Shown here: in pieces, positions 9,531-18,879 of the stretch
Layout: every line of letters begins with the position of its first letter
How positions within the stretch are numbered: the stretch's first letter is position 1
Source: Candidatus Uhrbacteria bacterium
Lineage (GTDB): Bacteria; Patescibacteriota; Patescibacteriia; UBA9934
Length of the DNA: 64,000 nt
Direction: 5' to 3'
Assembly (NCBI GenBank): GCA_903848275.1
Contig: CAINGB010000025.1
Location: 4,713 to 68,712, forward strand
Notes under the pieces: model-generated
The model's input: only the letters and a program-made list of their open reading frames with translations
What the model was told of the DNA's origin: nothing
Databases searched by the model: none
Made by a program: the position numbers and the translations under genes

Positions 9531-11408
9531 CTAAGGTGAAACAGGCAAGAGGTCGCAAGTAGCAGACTGAGCGTGGCCGTTGCAGCAGGATGGGCTAGCA
9601 GGATTGACGGCGCAGGCGGCACCGCTAGCGTCTGGACCGTTGGCAGGGACGTAACAGTTTTGGTATTGGTTTTCGATGCCCTGACTGGCCAGAACGCCGT
9701 AGAGATAGGTCTTGCCATCGGTTGAGGCTAAGAAAGTACCGTGTTGAATAGTGGTTTGAGTTTGGGTGGCGGCTTGGTTGACTGGATCGATAACTTCGGC
9801 ACCGGTCTTGTCGAGGCTGACACTACGTGGCAAGAACCACATTTCGTGACTACCGCCGGTTGAAGTCTCTTTGTTGCTCATGCTGACGTTGGCACTGGTG
9901 AGAGACAAGGTACGCATGATGTCGGAGAACGTGATAGTGACGATCTGGTCGAGTGCTTGATCTTCGCCGAGGATGTTGGGAGCGATTGTCGAAATGGTTG
10001 GCCCGACCAAGTTAATGTCGCCCGAGGTTGAGAAGGTCCAATCCGGGAAGTCATCACCAGCTGTGCCGTCCTGGTTACCGTCCAAACTGTTGGCAGCGGC
10101 GTCGGTGATACCGTCATAAGGGAAGCTGTCAGCTTGTGGCGGACTCTTGGTGGTGGTAGCAGCGGCGATTTTGATTGTTAGGTCGTCGTTAGCCGGTAGA
10201 CAGTAGATGGTGGCGCCGCACGAGTTGGTACCGCAGGCATCTGTCGAGGTGAAGGTGATGGTTTTATAGCCGTTGCTCGTTTGGTAGGTACCAGCTTGAG
10301 TAGTGTGGCTGGCGCCGCTAACGGTTTGGATGTTGGAGAAACCGCTAGTTGCCGTGCGAGTACCAGTTGAGGATGTTGGGTCGATGGCTTCATTGAAGGT
10401 GACCTCCACAGAAATGTTACGGTCGAAGGTTTGATTTTGTGCTGGTACGACCGAGACCACGTAAGGTGGGGTCAGATCGATGGTGGTGCCAACGGTGAAG
10501 GACCACTCGTAGCCACCGGAATAGACGCCAGTAAAGGCATCGGCGTTGGCGGCGGTTTTAATGGCGGTATTAAGCGAGACGGTGTAGAGCGTGTTGTCGG
10601 TGGCGGAACCGAGATAACCCTGGGGGATGAAAGTGAAAGTTTTGAGATCGTCAGTAAAATAAACGTCGACGTCGGTGCGGACAGCTTCAAGACCAGTGCT
10701 TGGGTAAACAGAGGAAATAGCAACCATGGAGCTATTAATGAGGGTGCCAGCCGCGGTGTCGTCGGTGATGTCGGTGCCGGTGCCGTTAGTGTTATAGCCG
10801 GTAATAAATGAGGAAATGTCCATTGGCTCAGCAAAAGTGACCATGATGTGGGTGTTGCGGGCGATGTCCGTGGCGTTGCGCTCCGGGTAGTGGTCACGGA
10901 GAATGCCGGCGCCGAGGGAACCAGATAGTGCTTCCACGGAGACGACACCGTTACTCGAGGTATTGTTGCCGGTTCCAGAGCCCGCGCCGAGGGCGTTCAA
11001 AATGAAGGTAGCGATACCGTAAGCGCCGAGAACGATGATGATGCCGATGGTGCCATTAATGAGCGTGCTTTTGGCGCGCTTGATTTTATCTTCGCTACCG
11101 CCGGCAGTCATCCAGAGGACGCCGGCGTAGATAATGAGAATAAGGAATACGACACCGAGCACACCGAGAACGACCGAAATAATGGTACCGATGATAGTTA
11201 ACAGATCTGTATTCGCAAAACCGGCTGTAGCACCGACGTCGGTGAGAGCAGTGGTAGCCGATTGAGCTAAAGCGAAGTGCGGATGAGTAACCACAAAGGC
11301 CGCCAGAGCGGCAGCAAATGTGGTGAATAACGAAGCTCGTTTCAAGATAGAAGAATAGACCACAGGAAAGATGCAAACTGCAGAACCAATGCTCACAGTA
11401 TACAACAC
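9531..11408 (-). CDS. 625-aa surface protein, paralogous at its N-terminus to the giant protein (TM segment plus TrbC/VirB2-like pilin-type domain), with Ig-like repeats and a Cys-rich C-terminus.
   Basis: N-terminus ...IIYAGVLWMTAGGSEDKIKRAKSTLINGTIGIIIVLGAYGIATFILNAL parallels the giant protein's N-terminus. It lies 3 nt upstream of the giant gene on the same strand, so an operon is likely. Confidence 0.8.
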   Translation of the reverse strand: MLYTVSIGSAVCIFPVVYSSILKRASLFTTFAAALAAFVVTHPHFALAQSATTALTDVGATAGFANTDLLTIIGTIISVVLGVLGVVFLILIIYAGVLWMTAGGSEDKIKRAKSTLINGTIGIIIVLGAYGIATFILNALGAGSGTGNNTSSNGVVSVEALSGSLGAGILRDHYPERNATDIARNTHIMVTFAEPMDISSFITGYNTNGTGTDITDDTAAGTLINSSMVAISSVYPSTGLEAVRTDVDVYFTDDLKTFTFIPQGYLGSATDNTLYTVSLNTAIKTAANADAFTGVYSGGYEWSFTVGTTIDLTPPYVVSVVPAQNQTFDRNISVEVTFNEAIDPTSSTGTRTATSGFSNIQTVSGASHTTQAGTYQTSNGYKTITFTSTDACGTNSCGATIYCLPANDDLTIKIAAATTTKSPPQADSFPYDGITDAAANSLDGNQDGTAGDDFPDWTFSTSGDINLVGPTISTIAPNILGEDQALDQIVTITFSDIMRTLSLTSANVSMSNKETSTGGSHEMWFLPRSVSLDKTGAEVIDPVNQAATQTQTTIQHGTFLASTDGKTYLYGVLASQGIENQYQNCYVPANGPDASGAACAVNPASPSCCNGHAQSATCDLLPVSP

Positions 11409-11426
11409 TTTCGAGTGGTGTACGAC

Positions 11427-12527
11427 CTAGGTTGTGGAGAACATTTTAGCGATGGCGGTTTTTAGTTCTATCAGGCCTGTTTTAGCGTGTGCAGAAACTA
11501 AGAGCGCGCAGCTGGCCACGTCGGTCGCGACCGACGTGGCGGGCTTTTTGATGGCGTCGATTTTATTGTAGACCGTGAGTCGTGGGTGATCCGCGATATT
11601 TAATTGTTGCAGCACGTCTTCCACTACCGCCATCTTGGCAACGTACTTAGGATCAGCTACGTCGACGATCTGCAGGAGTAAATCAGCGTTGGCGGCTTCA
11701 GATAAGGTCGAATGGAAAGCGCGGATGAGTTGGGGTGGCAAGCCAGCGATGAAGCCGATGGTGTCGGAGAGCAAAATAGTTTCGTTAAGTTCGGGAATGT
11801 AAACGTCGGCCACGCGGGTGTCGAGAGTGGCGAAGAGTTTATCCGCGGCGTATTCCTGACGCTTGCCGAGGGCGTTTAAGAGCGACGTCTTGCCGGCGTT
11901 GGTGTAGCCAACGAGCGCCACGGTTTTCTTTTCCTGACGACGGCGATGCTGCTGGTGTTGGTCGCGGACGCTTTGGCATTTTTCGAGCTTCTGCAAAATC
12001 TGTTTTTCTTGCTCGCGCAAGTGACGCTTCATGGCTTCTGTGTTGCCTTCCCCACTACCACCGACCGTACCACGACCGCCGCGCTGCCGGCCCAATTCCG
12101 CACCCATGTTGAAAATGCGCGGACCCATGTGGCGCAAACGTGCCAGCTCGATTTCTAATTTGGCCTCGCTCGTCTTGGCGTGTTTGTCGAAGATGTTGAG
12201 GATGAGGTCGATGCGATCCCAGACCTGGATTTTGGCGCCACGCAATAGCTCTTCGAGGTTGAAGATCTGCTGAGGCTTGAGGACTTCGTTGATAATCAAA
12301 AGATCGGCGCCGAGGAGCTTGCCTTCTGCCACGATCTCCTCCACCTTGCCGCTGCCGATGTAGGTGCGATTGTCCGGCTTAGCGCGACGCTGGACAGTTC
12401 TAACTACGGCGACCCCACCGTAAGTTTTGGTGAGCTCCTCAAGCTCGGCCAAGCGCTCTAAAGCCTCGGCCTTCGGCACGGTGAAATGAACGAGGTCAGC
12501 GAGGATAGCGCGGCGGAGAGTGGGCAT
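11427..12527 (-). CDS. hflX: GTPase HflX
   Basis: HflX N-domain followed by G-domain motifs LVGYTNAGKTSLLNALG and DTIGFI. Confidence 0.85.
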   Translation of the reverse strand: MPTLRRAILADLVHFTVPKAEALERLAELEELTKTYGGVAVVRTVQRRAKPDNRTYIGSGKVEEIVAEGKLLGADLLIINEVLKPQQIFNLEELLRGAKIQVWDRIDLILNIFDKHAKTSEAKLEIELARLRHMGPRIFNMGAELGRQRGGRGTVGGSGEGNTEAMKRHLREQEKQILQKLEKCQSVRDQHQQHRRRQEKKTVALVGYTNAGKTSLLNALGKRQEYAADKLFATLDTRVADVYIPELNETILLSDTIGFIAGLPPQLIRAFHSTLSEAANADLLLQIVDVADPKYVAKMAVVEDVLQQLNIADHPRLTVYNKIDAIKKPATSVATDVASCALLVSAHAKTGLIELKTAIAKMFSTT

Positions 12528-12528
12528 A

Positions 12529-13074
12529 TTATTTAGTAGATTTTATCTTTTTGATGGCTCGCGCTACAGAAAATACAAACTCCAAATCTTTTGTTGAGTA
12601 TTCTGAGTCTATAGCAGTCAGGGTTCCTATATGTAGGCGATTTCGCAGAATTCGTACTTTGTCAACATCTTTATAAATCTGTTCGTTGATAACTGAGTGA
12701 TCCCGACAAAGAGTGTTAATATCACCTAAATTTAATTTACCTAGCTTTACATGTTCTATGCTCACTACATGAGAGCCTAAAACGATGCGATCTTGATTAT
12801 TAATTTTATAAAGTTCTCTGGAAATCTTAAAGCTTTTTGTTTCTCTAGTTAAATTTTCTTCAGAGACCATGCTCTTCAAAAACCAAACCAGTAGTGCTTC
12901 GATAATTGAAGCGGTATAAACAATAGCAGTTTTCCTAAAGCTACTTCTGAGCGAAGAGGTGTATGTTGGTAAATCTGATAGATATACTAATTCCATCAAA
13001 TGCTCAAATGCAGTGTAGATGTTTCCCCTTAGAATGTCGTCTTCAACAAAAGAAAAATTGGACATTCTAGACAT
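12529..13074 (-). CDS. Hypothetical 181-aa protein in a low-GC insert. It may be an HEPN/Abi-like nuclease (Rx6H-type motif VRILRNRLHIG); this is speculative.
   Basis: An AT-rich ORF inside a GC-rich chromosome. The only motif is R-x6-H near the C-terminus. No confident homology from sequence alone. Confidence 0.4.
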   Translation of the reverse strand: MSRMSNFSFVEDDILRGNIYTAFEHLMELVYLSDLPTYTSSLRSSFRKTAIVYTASIIEALLVWFLKSMVSEENLTRETKSFKISRELYKINNQDRIVLGSHVVSIEHVKLGKLNLGDINTLCRDHSVINEQIYKDVDKVRILRNRLHIGTLTAIDSEYSTKDLEFVFSVARAIKKIKSTK

Positions 13075-13089
13075 AAATAATATTACAGC

Positions 13090-13263
13090 CTAGGCATCCT
13101 GTAGCATACCGGCCAATGAAGGATAGCCTTTCTCAATAAAAAACTCGCCAAGTTTTTTCTCTGAATGAGCACCAAAATCAGTTCCGAGTTTTTTAGCGAT
13201 GACACTAATTTTAGTATCGAACTTATATATTTCCTCTCGAGTCTTAATTGCCTTCTTTTTCAT
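13090..13263 (-). CDS. Small hypothetical protein (57 aa) directly upstream of the 181-aa ORF. It is not in the supplied ORF track.
   Basis: By my translation it reads MKKKAIKTREEIYKFDTKISVIAKKLGTDFGAHSEKKLGEFFIEKGYPSLAGMLQDA*. It ends 15 nt before the next ORF and has the same low GC. Confidence 0.3.
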   Translation of the reverse strand: MKKKAIKTREEIYKFDTKISVIAKKLGTDFGAHSEKKLGEFFIEKGYPSLAGMLQDA

Positions 13264-13301
13264 ATAACTAAACTATACCAAGATGGTTCTAAGTGGACAA
13301 A

Positions 13302-13760
13302 TTAACCTTTAAGAACTTTATCCACCATTTGCTTAATGCGAGAGCCGTCGGCCATGTCCTTCAGCTTGCCCATAAGAGTGCCCATGGCTTTGCCGAGGTC
13401 GGCCGCAGAGGTGATACCGAGAGCGGCGAGTTCAGCGCGGACTTTGGCTTCTAGTTCACCGTCGGTGATTTGAGCTGGGAGATATTTTTCCAGGATGGCG
13501 ATTTCTTTGCGGGCGGCGTCGGCGAGATCGGCACGAGCGGCGGTGACGAATGATTCGAGACCGTCCTTCAATTTCTTGACGTCGCTCTTGATGACAGCCA
13601 TGACGTCGGCGTCGGCAATTTCCTGACTGGCGACGGTGCCGGCTTCGATCATCTTGTTCTTAATGCTCGAGATGAGCATGCGGATGGTGTCGAGCGTGGC
13701 ACTGTCATGAGCTTTCATGGCGGACTTCATGTCTTCGCGGATTTGTTCGTAGAGGGTCAT
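13302..13760 (-). CDS. yqeY: GatB/YqeY domain protein
   Basis: MTLYEQIREDMKSAMKAHD...ILEKYLP matches the YqeY family N-terminus. The start is probably the 4th codon of the tracked ORF. Confidence 0.75.
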   Translation of the reverse strand: MTLYEQIREDMKSAMKAHDSATLDTIRMLISSIKNKMIEAGTVASQEIADADVMAVIKSDVKKLKDGLESFVTAARADLADAARKEIAILEKYLPAQITDGELEAKVRAELAALGITSAADLGKAMGTLMGKLKDMADGSRIKQMVDKVLKG

Positions 13761-13804
13761 AAAATACAAAACAGGGGAATTAATCCCCTGTTTTATACCA
13801 TCTT

Positions 13805-14059
13805 TTATTGACGACGGCGAGACTGTTGCATGTCTTCTTCCTTTACCTTGCCAGTTTTAAGCAAGTATTCGCGTTTAGCACCCATTTCTAAGCGGCGGAT
13901 AGCGCTGCCATGTTTACGGGTTTTGCTTGGGGCTTTGGCGTGATAGCGGGAGGCGCGCACGGTCAAAACCTTACCACTTTGCTGAATGCGACGTGAAAAG
14001 CGACGGAAAACCGCCTCAAAACTCTCGCCTTTTTTGCGTTTTACTTCAATTGTAGCCAT
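13805..14059 (-). CDS. rpsU: 30S ribosomal protein S21
   Basis: MATIEVKRKKGESFEAVFRRFSRRIQQSGKVLTVRASRYHAKAPSKTRKHGSAIRR. Internal ATG preceded by AGGAAGG. Confidence 0.85.
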   Translation of the reverse strand: MATIEVKRKKGESFEAVFRRFSRRIQQSGKVLTVRASRYHAKAPSKTRKHGSAIRRLEMGAKREYLLKTGKVKEEDMQQSRRRQ

Positions 14060-14124
14060 GAATATACCTTCCTTTCTATTGTTGGATGGGTGGATAGTAC
14101 CGTAAAGGGAGGGTTTGGTCAACC

Positions 14125-15642
14125 TTAGTGCCTACCAAAGAGCTTGCGCTTCTTTTGGATTGGTTCTGGGGCTTTTGGCGCTGGGGCCTTTTTGACCTCC
14201 TCGACAACTGGAACGATGCCGGCTTCGAGATTTTCAGCAGCGATAGCGGTCTTCTCCACGAGTGAGAGCTTGTTCTTGGCGACAATGCGGCGAGCTAGGA
14301 GACCGACCACCTTCTCGATGTCGACAATTTCCTGGGCGCCGGAGTCCATGTCGCGAACAATGATGGTGCCGTCGAGAACTTCCTTTTGACCGAGGATAAG
14401 GGCCATCTTGGCTTTGAGTTTGTCGGCCACTTCGAGCTGAGCTTTTAATGAGCCTTTACCGAAGGCTTCGGCACAACTCATGCCACCGACGCGGATCTTT
14501 TCAAAAACGGCCAAACCCTTGCGACGAGCAGCTTCGCCCAGCTGACAGAAGAAAATGTCGACGCGACGTTCTTCTGCTAACTGGAAAACGCCGGACTGTT
14601 TCATAGCGAGGATGGTTCTGTCGACGCCCAAACCAGCACCCATGGCACCGGTATTCTCGCGACCACCGAGCATTGGGACCAAGCCGTCATAGCGACCACC
14701 GCCACCGAGAGCCAGGCCTTTCATTTCCTCATTCTTGGGGTTCAACATGTAAACCTCGAAGATGCTGTGGGTGTAGTAATCGAGGCCGCGGACCAAGTGT
14801 GGATCAAGCACGTAAGGCACTTCTGCTTCGTCGAGATATTCCAAGGCCTTCATGAAGTGAGCCTTGCTCTCAGCGTCCAAGTAGTCAATGATTTGGGGGG
14901 CGCCGGCCTTCAGCTCGTTCATGCCTGGCTCCTTAGAGTCGAGCAAACGAAGTGGGTTTTTGAGCATGCGCTTCTTATCGAGTTCGGAGAGCTTGTTCTT
15001 GTGTTGCTTGAAGTAGCTCAGCAATTCGCTGATGTAGTCCTTGCGGGAAGCTGGGGTACCGAGGGAATTAACGTGGAGAATGACCTCGACGCCGAGCTCG
15101 CGGTAAAAACGGTGAGCCATGAGCATGACTTGGGCGTCGATGATTGGATCGATGGAACCCAAAGCCTCGAGACCAAACTGTTGCAACTGGCGATAACGGC
15201 CGAACTGTGGGCGGTCATGACGGAAGAATTGCTCGAAGTACCAGAGCTTCACTGGCTGAGGTTGGTTGACCATGCCGTGTTCAATGTAAGCGCGAGCAAC
15301 TTGAGCGGTGCCTTCAGGACGCATGGCCACGCGGTCACCGCCTGGATCTTCAAACGTGTACATTTCCTTAGTCACGACGTCGCTCTCTTTGCCGGCGGTG
15401 CGCTCAAATAAAGCAGCATTTTCCAGGACCGGCAAACGAATGCGATTGAAGCTATAGGACTTGGTGAGACTGGCGGCCACGGTTTCGACGCGGTCCCAGA
15501 ACCATTGTTCGTCGGGCAAAACGTCGCGGAAACCACGGACGAGTTCGGGGGTCTTGCTCTTCTTTTTGGATTCAACTGGAGCACCAGCTGAGCTGGGCTT
15601 CGCGGCGGCGACGATGGTGGGCTTTGGCATAGTAATTATCAA
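14125..15642 (-). CDS. hisS: Histidine--tRNA ligase, with N- and C-terminal extensions
   Basis: Class II HisRS motifs RGFRD, AMRPEGT and a GGRYD-like element, plus an anticodon-binding C-domain. Confidence 0.85.
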   Translation of the reverse strand: MIITMPKPTIVAAAKPSSAGAPVESKKKSKTPELVRGFRDVLPDEQWFWDRVETVAASLTKSYSFNRIRLPVLENAALFERTAGKESDVVTKEMYTFEDPGGDRVAMRPEGTAQVARAYIEHGMVNQPQPVKLWYFEQFFRHDRPQFGRYRQLQQFGLEALGSIDPIIDAQVMLMAHRFYRELGVEVILHVNSLGTPASRKDYISELLSYFKQHKNKLSELDKKRMLKNPLRLLDSKEPGMNELKAGAPQIIDYLDAESKAHFMKALEYLDEAEVPYVLDPHLVRGLDYYTHSIFEVYMLNPKNEEMKGLALGGGGRYDGLVPMLGGRENTGAMGAGLGVDRTILAMKQSGVFQLAEERRVDIFFCQLGEAARRKGLAVFEKIRVGGMSCAEAFGKGSLKAQLEVADKLKAKMALILGQKEVLDGTIIVRDMDSGAQEIVDIEKVVGLLARRIVAKNKLSLVEKTAIAAENLEAGIVPVVEEVKKAPAPKAPEPIQKKRKLFGRH

Positions 15643-16275
15643 CTAGAAATTATATTGGGGAGCGGCGAAGGTGCCAAGGCGGTCGAGCGGGAAACCACGA
15701 ATCCAGACGCGGCCAATGAAGTTCTCAAACGGGATGGTACCAATGATGCGCGAGTCGAGGCTGGCGCCGCGGTTGTCGCCCATGACGAAGTATTGGCCAG
15801 CTGGCACAACAACTTTTTGTGGGTTGCCGGTTGTTTGTGTTTCGTAGCTTTCGTCGAGCACGATGCCATTTGGATGCTCTGTGTTACTGATAGTGATTTT
15901 ACCATCTTTCACTTCTACTGTTTCGCCGGGTAAACCAATGATGCGTTTAATATAGTATTGGTCGCTCTCGCCGACTGCACCAGTGGCCGTGTGCTGCGGT
16001 GGATGAAAGACGATGACTTCGCCACGTACCGGAGCGCGCAAGCGGAAGGACATTTCGTCGACGATGAGATACTCCTTATCATGGAAGGTTGGATCCATGC
16101 TGGCACCTTTGACGACGAACGGTTGAATGAGGAAATAACGAACGATGAAAATGATAACCACGGCGACGATGATGATTTTGCCGATTTCGATCAAGAAAGC
16201 GACGACGGGGTTCTTGAAGAAGCTTCGGCCTGGCACTGGTCCCGCTCCGGCTGTCTCTGGAGTTAGCTCATTCAT
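15643..16275 (-). CDS. lepB: Signal peptidase I
   Basis: VKGASMDPTF (Ser box), YIKRIIGLPGETV, and FVMGDNRGASLDSR (Lys/box E region). Confidence 0.85.
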   Translation of the reverse strand: MNELTPETAGAGPVPGRSFFKNPVVAFLIEIGKIIIVAVVIIFIVRYFLIQPFVVKGASMDPTFHDKEYLIVDEMSFRLRAPVRGEVIVFHPPQHTATGAVGESDQYYIKRIIGLPGETVEVKDGKITISNTEHPNGIVLDESYETQTTGNPQKVVVPAGQYFVMGDNRGASLDSRIIGTIPFENFIGRVWIRGFPLDRLGTFAAPQYNF

Positions 16276-16373
16276 AGGGAAATATGCAAAATTACTCACA
16301 GTATAGCACAAAATAGGAAAAAATCAAGTATGGCATGATTACAAAAAAACAGCCACCGAAGTGACTGATTTTT

Positions 16374-16450
16374 TGGTGGACATTGGTGGGCTCGAACCAC
16401 CGACCTCTGTCGTGTGAGGACAGCGCTCTAACCAACTGAGCTAAATATCC
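16374..16450 (-). tRNA. tRNA-Val (anticodon CAC)
   Basis: Cloverleaf GGATATT/aatgtcc acceptor stem, anticodon stem ctgtc/gacag with loop cTCACAc, T-loop GGTTCGAGCC, and an encoded CCA. A hairpin plus T7 terminator lies downstream (16330-16373). Confidence 0.85.
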
Positions 16451-16518
16451 GTGTATATAACTTCCTGAATTGGCCTTAATTCAGAACGAGGCAATAATAG
16501 TGTTTCGGTTGATAAAAA

Positions 16519-17136
16519 TCAAGTCCTGCGTCTTTTAGTTAGACTGATTTGGATAACGCGGCTCATCGGCCTGTAGTCTTGCTTCATGCCGACTATACAG
16601 GCTTCGATGTAAGCTCTTTGACTGCTCTTTTTCCAAGCTATTTGCTGATAACCAATGCGTGTAGCTATAACATCTAAAAATAAACGAATTGTTCGGCCGT
16701 TGCCTTCACGAAAGGGGTGAATAGCATTGAGTTCGCAATGGATGAGGGCGAGCTTGTCAGTAATCTGCTTCTTAGTGTCATCGATGGAAGGAATATTCTG
16801 CCTGAGAATGCGATCGAAATCTGCTAGAGCCGAGCCGATAAAATTAGCCGAACAGAACATGGCGTCACCCTTACTAATATTTACGGTACGAATTTTACCG
16901 GCCCAGACATAAAGAGGTTCCAGAAAATAATAGTGAATTTTTAATAAAAATGAAACATCGATAACTTTAGGAATGGCGGCATTGGGTCCTAAAAAATATT
17001 CTTTAGCATCTAAGTAAAGAATAGCCTCAGTGTTCTCGAGTTTGGCTTGGTCTTTAATACTGAGTTTATTTTTCAGAACGCCATCTTCCATGCCAGCCTC
17101 GCCGGCAGTCGAACTATACCGAGAAGGCGCGGCCAT
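16519..17136 (-). CDS. fic: Fic/Doc family protein (toxin of a class I FicTA module)
   Basis: Canonical Fic motif HPFREGNGRTIR. Confidence 0.85.
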   Translation of the reverse strand: MAAPSRYSSTAGEAGMEDGVLKNKLSIKDQAKLENTEAILYLDAKEYFLGPNAAIPKVIDVSFLLKIHYYFLEPLYVWAGKIRTVNISKGDAMFCSANFIGSALADFDRILRQNIPSIDDTKKQITDKLALIHCELNAIHPFREGNGRTIRLFLDVIATRIGYQQIAWKKSSQRAYIEACIVGMKQDYRPMSRVIQISLTKRRRT

Positions 17137-17272
17137 ATTGTTTGAGTTTTTTTATGGTGGCAGTGTCTTTTAAGGCGCGGCGTAAACTGATGCCTTCCAT
17201 CTTTAACGATTGTGCAGCCGAAGCACGTATTGCCCTCTTACTAATGACTCTTCGTTTGTTGAGTGCTTTCAT
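17114..17272 (-). CDS. Fic antitoxin (VbhA/YhfG-like, 52 aa). It carries the inhibitory [ST]xxxE[GN] motif and overlaps the fic start by 23 nt in another frame. It is not in the supplied ORF track.
   Basis: My translation: MKALNKRRVISKRAIRASAAQSLKMEGISLRRALKDTATIKKLKQYGRAFSV*. The segment SLKMEG fits S-x-x-x-E-G. Confidence 0.6.
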   Translation of the reverse strand: MKALNKRRVISKRAIRASAAQSLKMEGISLRRALKDTATIKKLKQYGRAFSV

Positions 17273-17371
17273 ACAGTCGCTTTTATTAGCTTAATTATAC
17301 CAGAAATTAGGGTGATAGGCAACCGTGCTGCGTTGTTTAATTCTGATGATTCAGCTATACTCCCAGTAGTT

Positions 17372-18874
17372 ATGTCAGACCAACATTCCGTCGATTTTTT
17401 GCAGCAAAAGTACGAAGTGCCGGTGGAACGCGTAGTGCGGGCCAAGGTTTCGCGTACCGGCCGATATATTGCCGGATTTTTAGTTATTGGCGCGGTGGTG
17501 GGAACCTTTTTTTCTTATAAGTTGGCGCAAATCACGCACGGCGATGAGTCTGACGTGGGTAGTTTGAGTATCTTCTCCACCATTACCTCAAGCATCTCGC
17601 ATCTGGTCGGAAGTCCTGACCGACCGCTAGTTGGCGAGGAAACCGATCGCATCAATTTTTTGCTGATGGGTGTCGGCGGCACTGGACATGATGGTGCACA
17701 ATTGGCGGATACAATTATGTTCGGCAGTTTTAAGCCAAGTACAGCTGAATTGGGTTTGCTCTCAATTCCCCGCGACCTGTACGTAGCCATTCCGGGCTAC
17801 AGCAGCGGCAAGATTAACCACGCCAACGCTTACGGCGAAATGAATGGCACGGGACAGGGTTTAAAGCTGGGGAGCGACGTGGTGAGTAGCGTCGTCGGCC
17901 AACCGATTGATTATACGATTCGCGTCGACTTTGACGGCTTTTCTAAATTGATTGACCAGTTGGGTGGCGTGAATGTTTACATTGATAAGAGTTTTGATGA
18001 CTACCAATTTCCGGAATACGAAGGCTCGCCAACCTACAAGACTCTCCATTTTGTGCAAGGTTATACCCATATGAACGGGGCCGAGGCTTTGGATTACGCC
18101 CGTTCACGACACGGCAACAACGGCGAGGGTACCGATTACGCCCGCGCTGCTCGTCAGCAGAAAATTTTAATGGCGGCTAAAGAGCAAGCTCTGTCGCTTG
18201 GTGTTTTGTTGAATCCGGTTAAACTAACTAAACTTTTCAGCACACTCAGTAGTCATATCGCTACCAATCTCTCAGTCTGGGAGATGATCAAGATGGCCAA
18301 GTATGTGCCGAGCATTGACCCTAAAGCGGTGGCCATGCAGGTGCTCGATACTAGCCCAGGCAGTCCCCTTTACAGCACGACCACGGAAACGGCGGGCTTC
18401 ATTATTTTGCCAAAGAGCGACAATTGGAGCGATATTCAGAAGATTGCGGCCAATATGTTCGTGTCAGCCGGAGCTAAAGCCAGCACTAGTGTACCTGTAG
18501 CTGCGGCTGCTACGCCAGTTGTTAAGGTAGAAATCCAGAACGGGACCGAAGTTTCCGGCCTGGCTTATCAAACGGCAGCTCGTTTAACAGGCTCGAGCTA
18601 TGAGGTGGTCAGTGTGGGCAATGCCACCGACAGAACAGTGGCCAAAACAACTATCTACGACCTGACCAACGGCCGAAAAGCCGCTGAATTGGCAACGTTA
18701 AAGCAGTTTTTGGGAGCTGATGTGGTCCTGACTGGCGAGGGCTGGACTTATGCAGACAACGTGGTGCCGACCAAACTGCAAACGATTTCCAGTAGCGATA
18801 CGGCTAAAACAAGCGAAAAAGTTGACTTTTTGATTATAGTGGGTCAAGATGCGACTTCTCTCGTATTGAAATAA
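17372..18874 (+). CDS. LytR-CpsA-Psr (LCP) family cell-envelope phosphotransferase with a LytR_C-like C-domain
   Basis: DRINFLLMGVGGTGHDGAQLADTIMF...LSIPRDLYV LCP core. The start is taken at MSDQHSV, because the longer ORF would overlap the fic antitoxin. Confidence 0.8.
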   Translation: MSDQHSVDFLQQKYEVPVERVVRAKVSRTGRYIAGFLVIGAVVGTFFSYKLAQITHGDESDVGSLSIFSTITSSISHLVGSPDRPLVGEETDRINFLLMGVGGTGHDGAQLADTIMFGSFKPSTAELGLLSIPRDLYVAIPGYSSGKINHANAYGEMNGTGQGLKLGSDVVSSVVGQPIDYTIRVDFDGFSKLIDQLGGVNVYIDKSFDDYQFPEYEGSPTYKTLHFVQGYTHMNGAEALDYARSRHGNNGEGTDYARAARQQKILMAAKEQALSLGVLLNPVKLTKLFSTLSSHIATNLSVWEMIKMAKYVPSIDPKAVAMQVLDTSPGSPLYSTTTETAGFIILPKSDNWSDIQKIAANMFVSAGAKASTSVPVAAAATPVVKVEIQNGTEVSGLAYQTAARLTGSSYEVVSVGNATDRTVAKTTIYDLTNGRKAAELATLKQFLGADVVLTGEGWTYADNVVPTKLQTISSSDTAKTSEKVDFLIIVGQDATSLVLK

Positions 18875-18879
18875 GTCGT

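Noticed and set aside
17210-17371. Longer N-terminal extension of the LCP-family ORF (start 17210)
   Set aside because: The extension overlaps the Fic antitoxin ORF and the fic promoter region on the opposite strand and has no LCP homology. The Met at 17372 is the better start.
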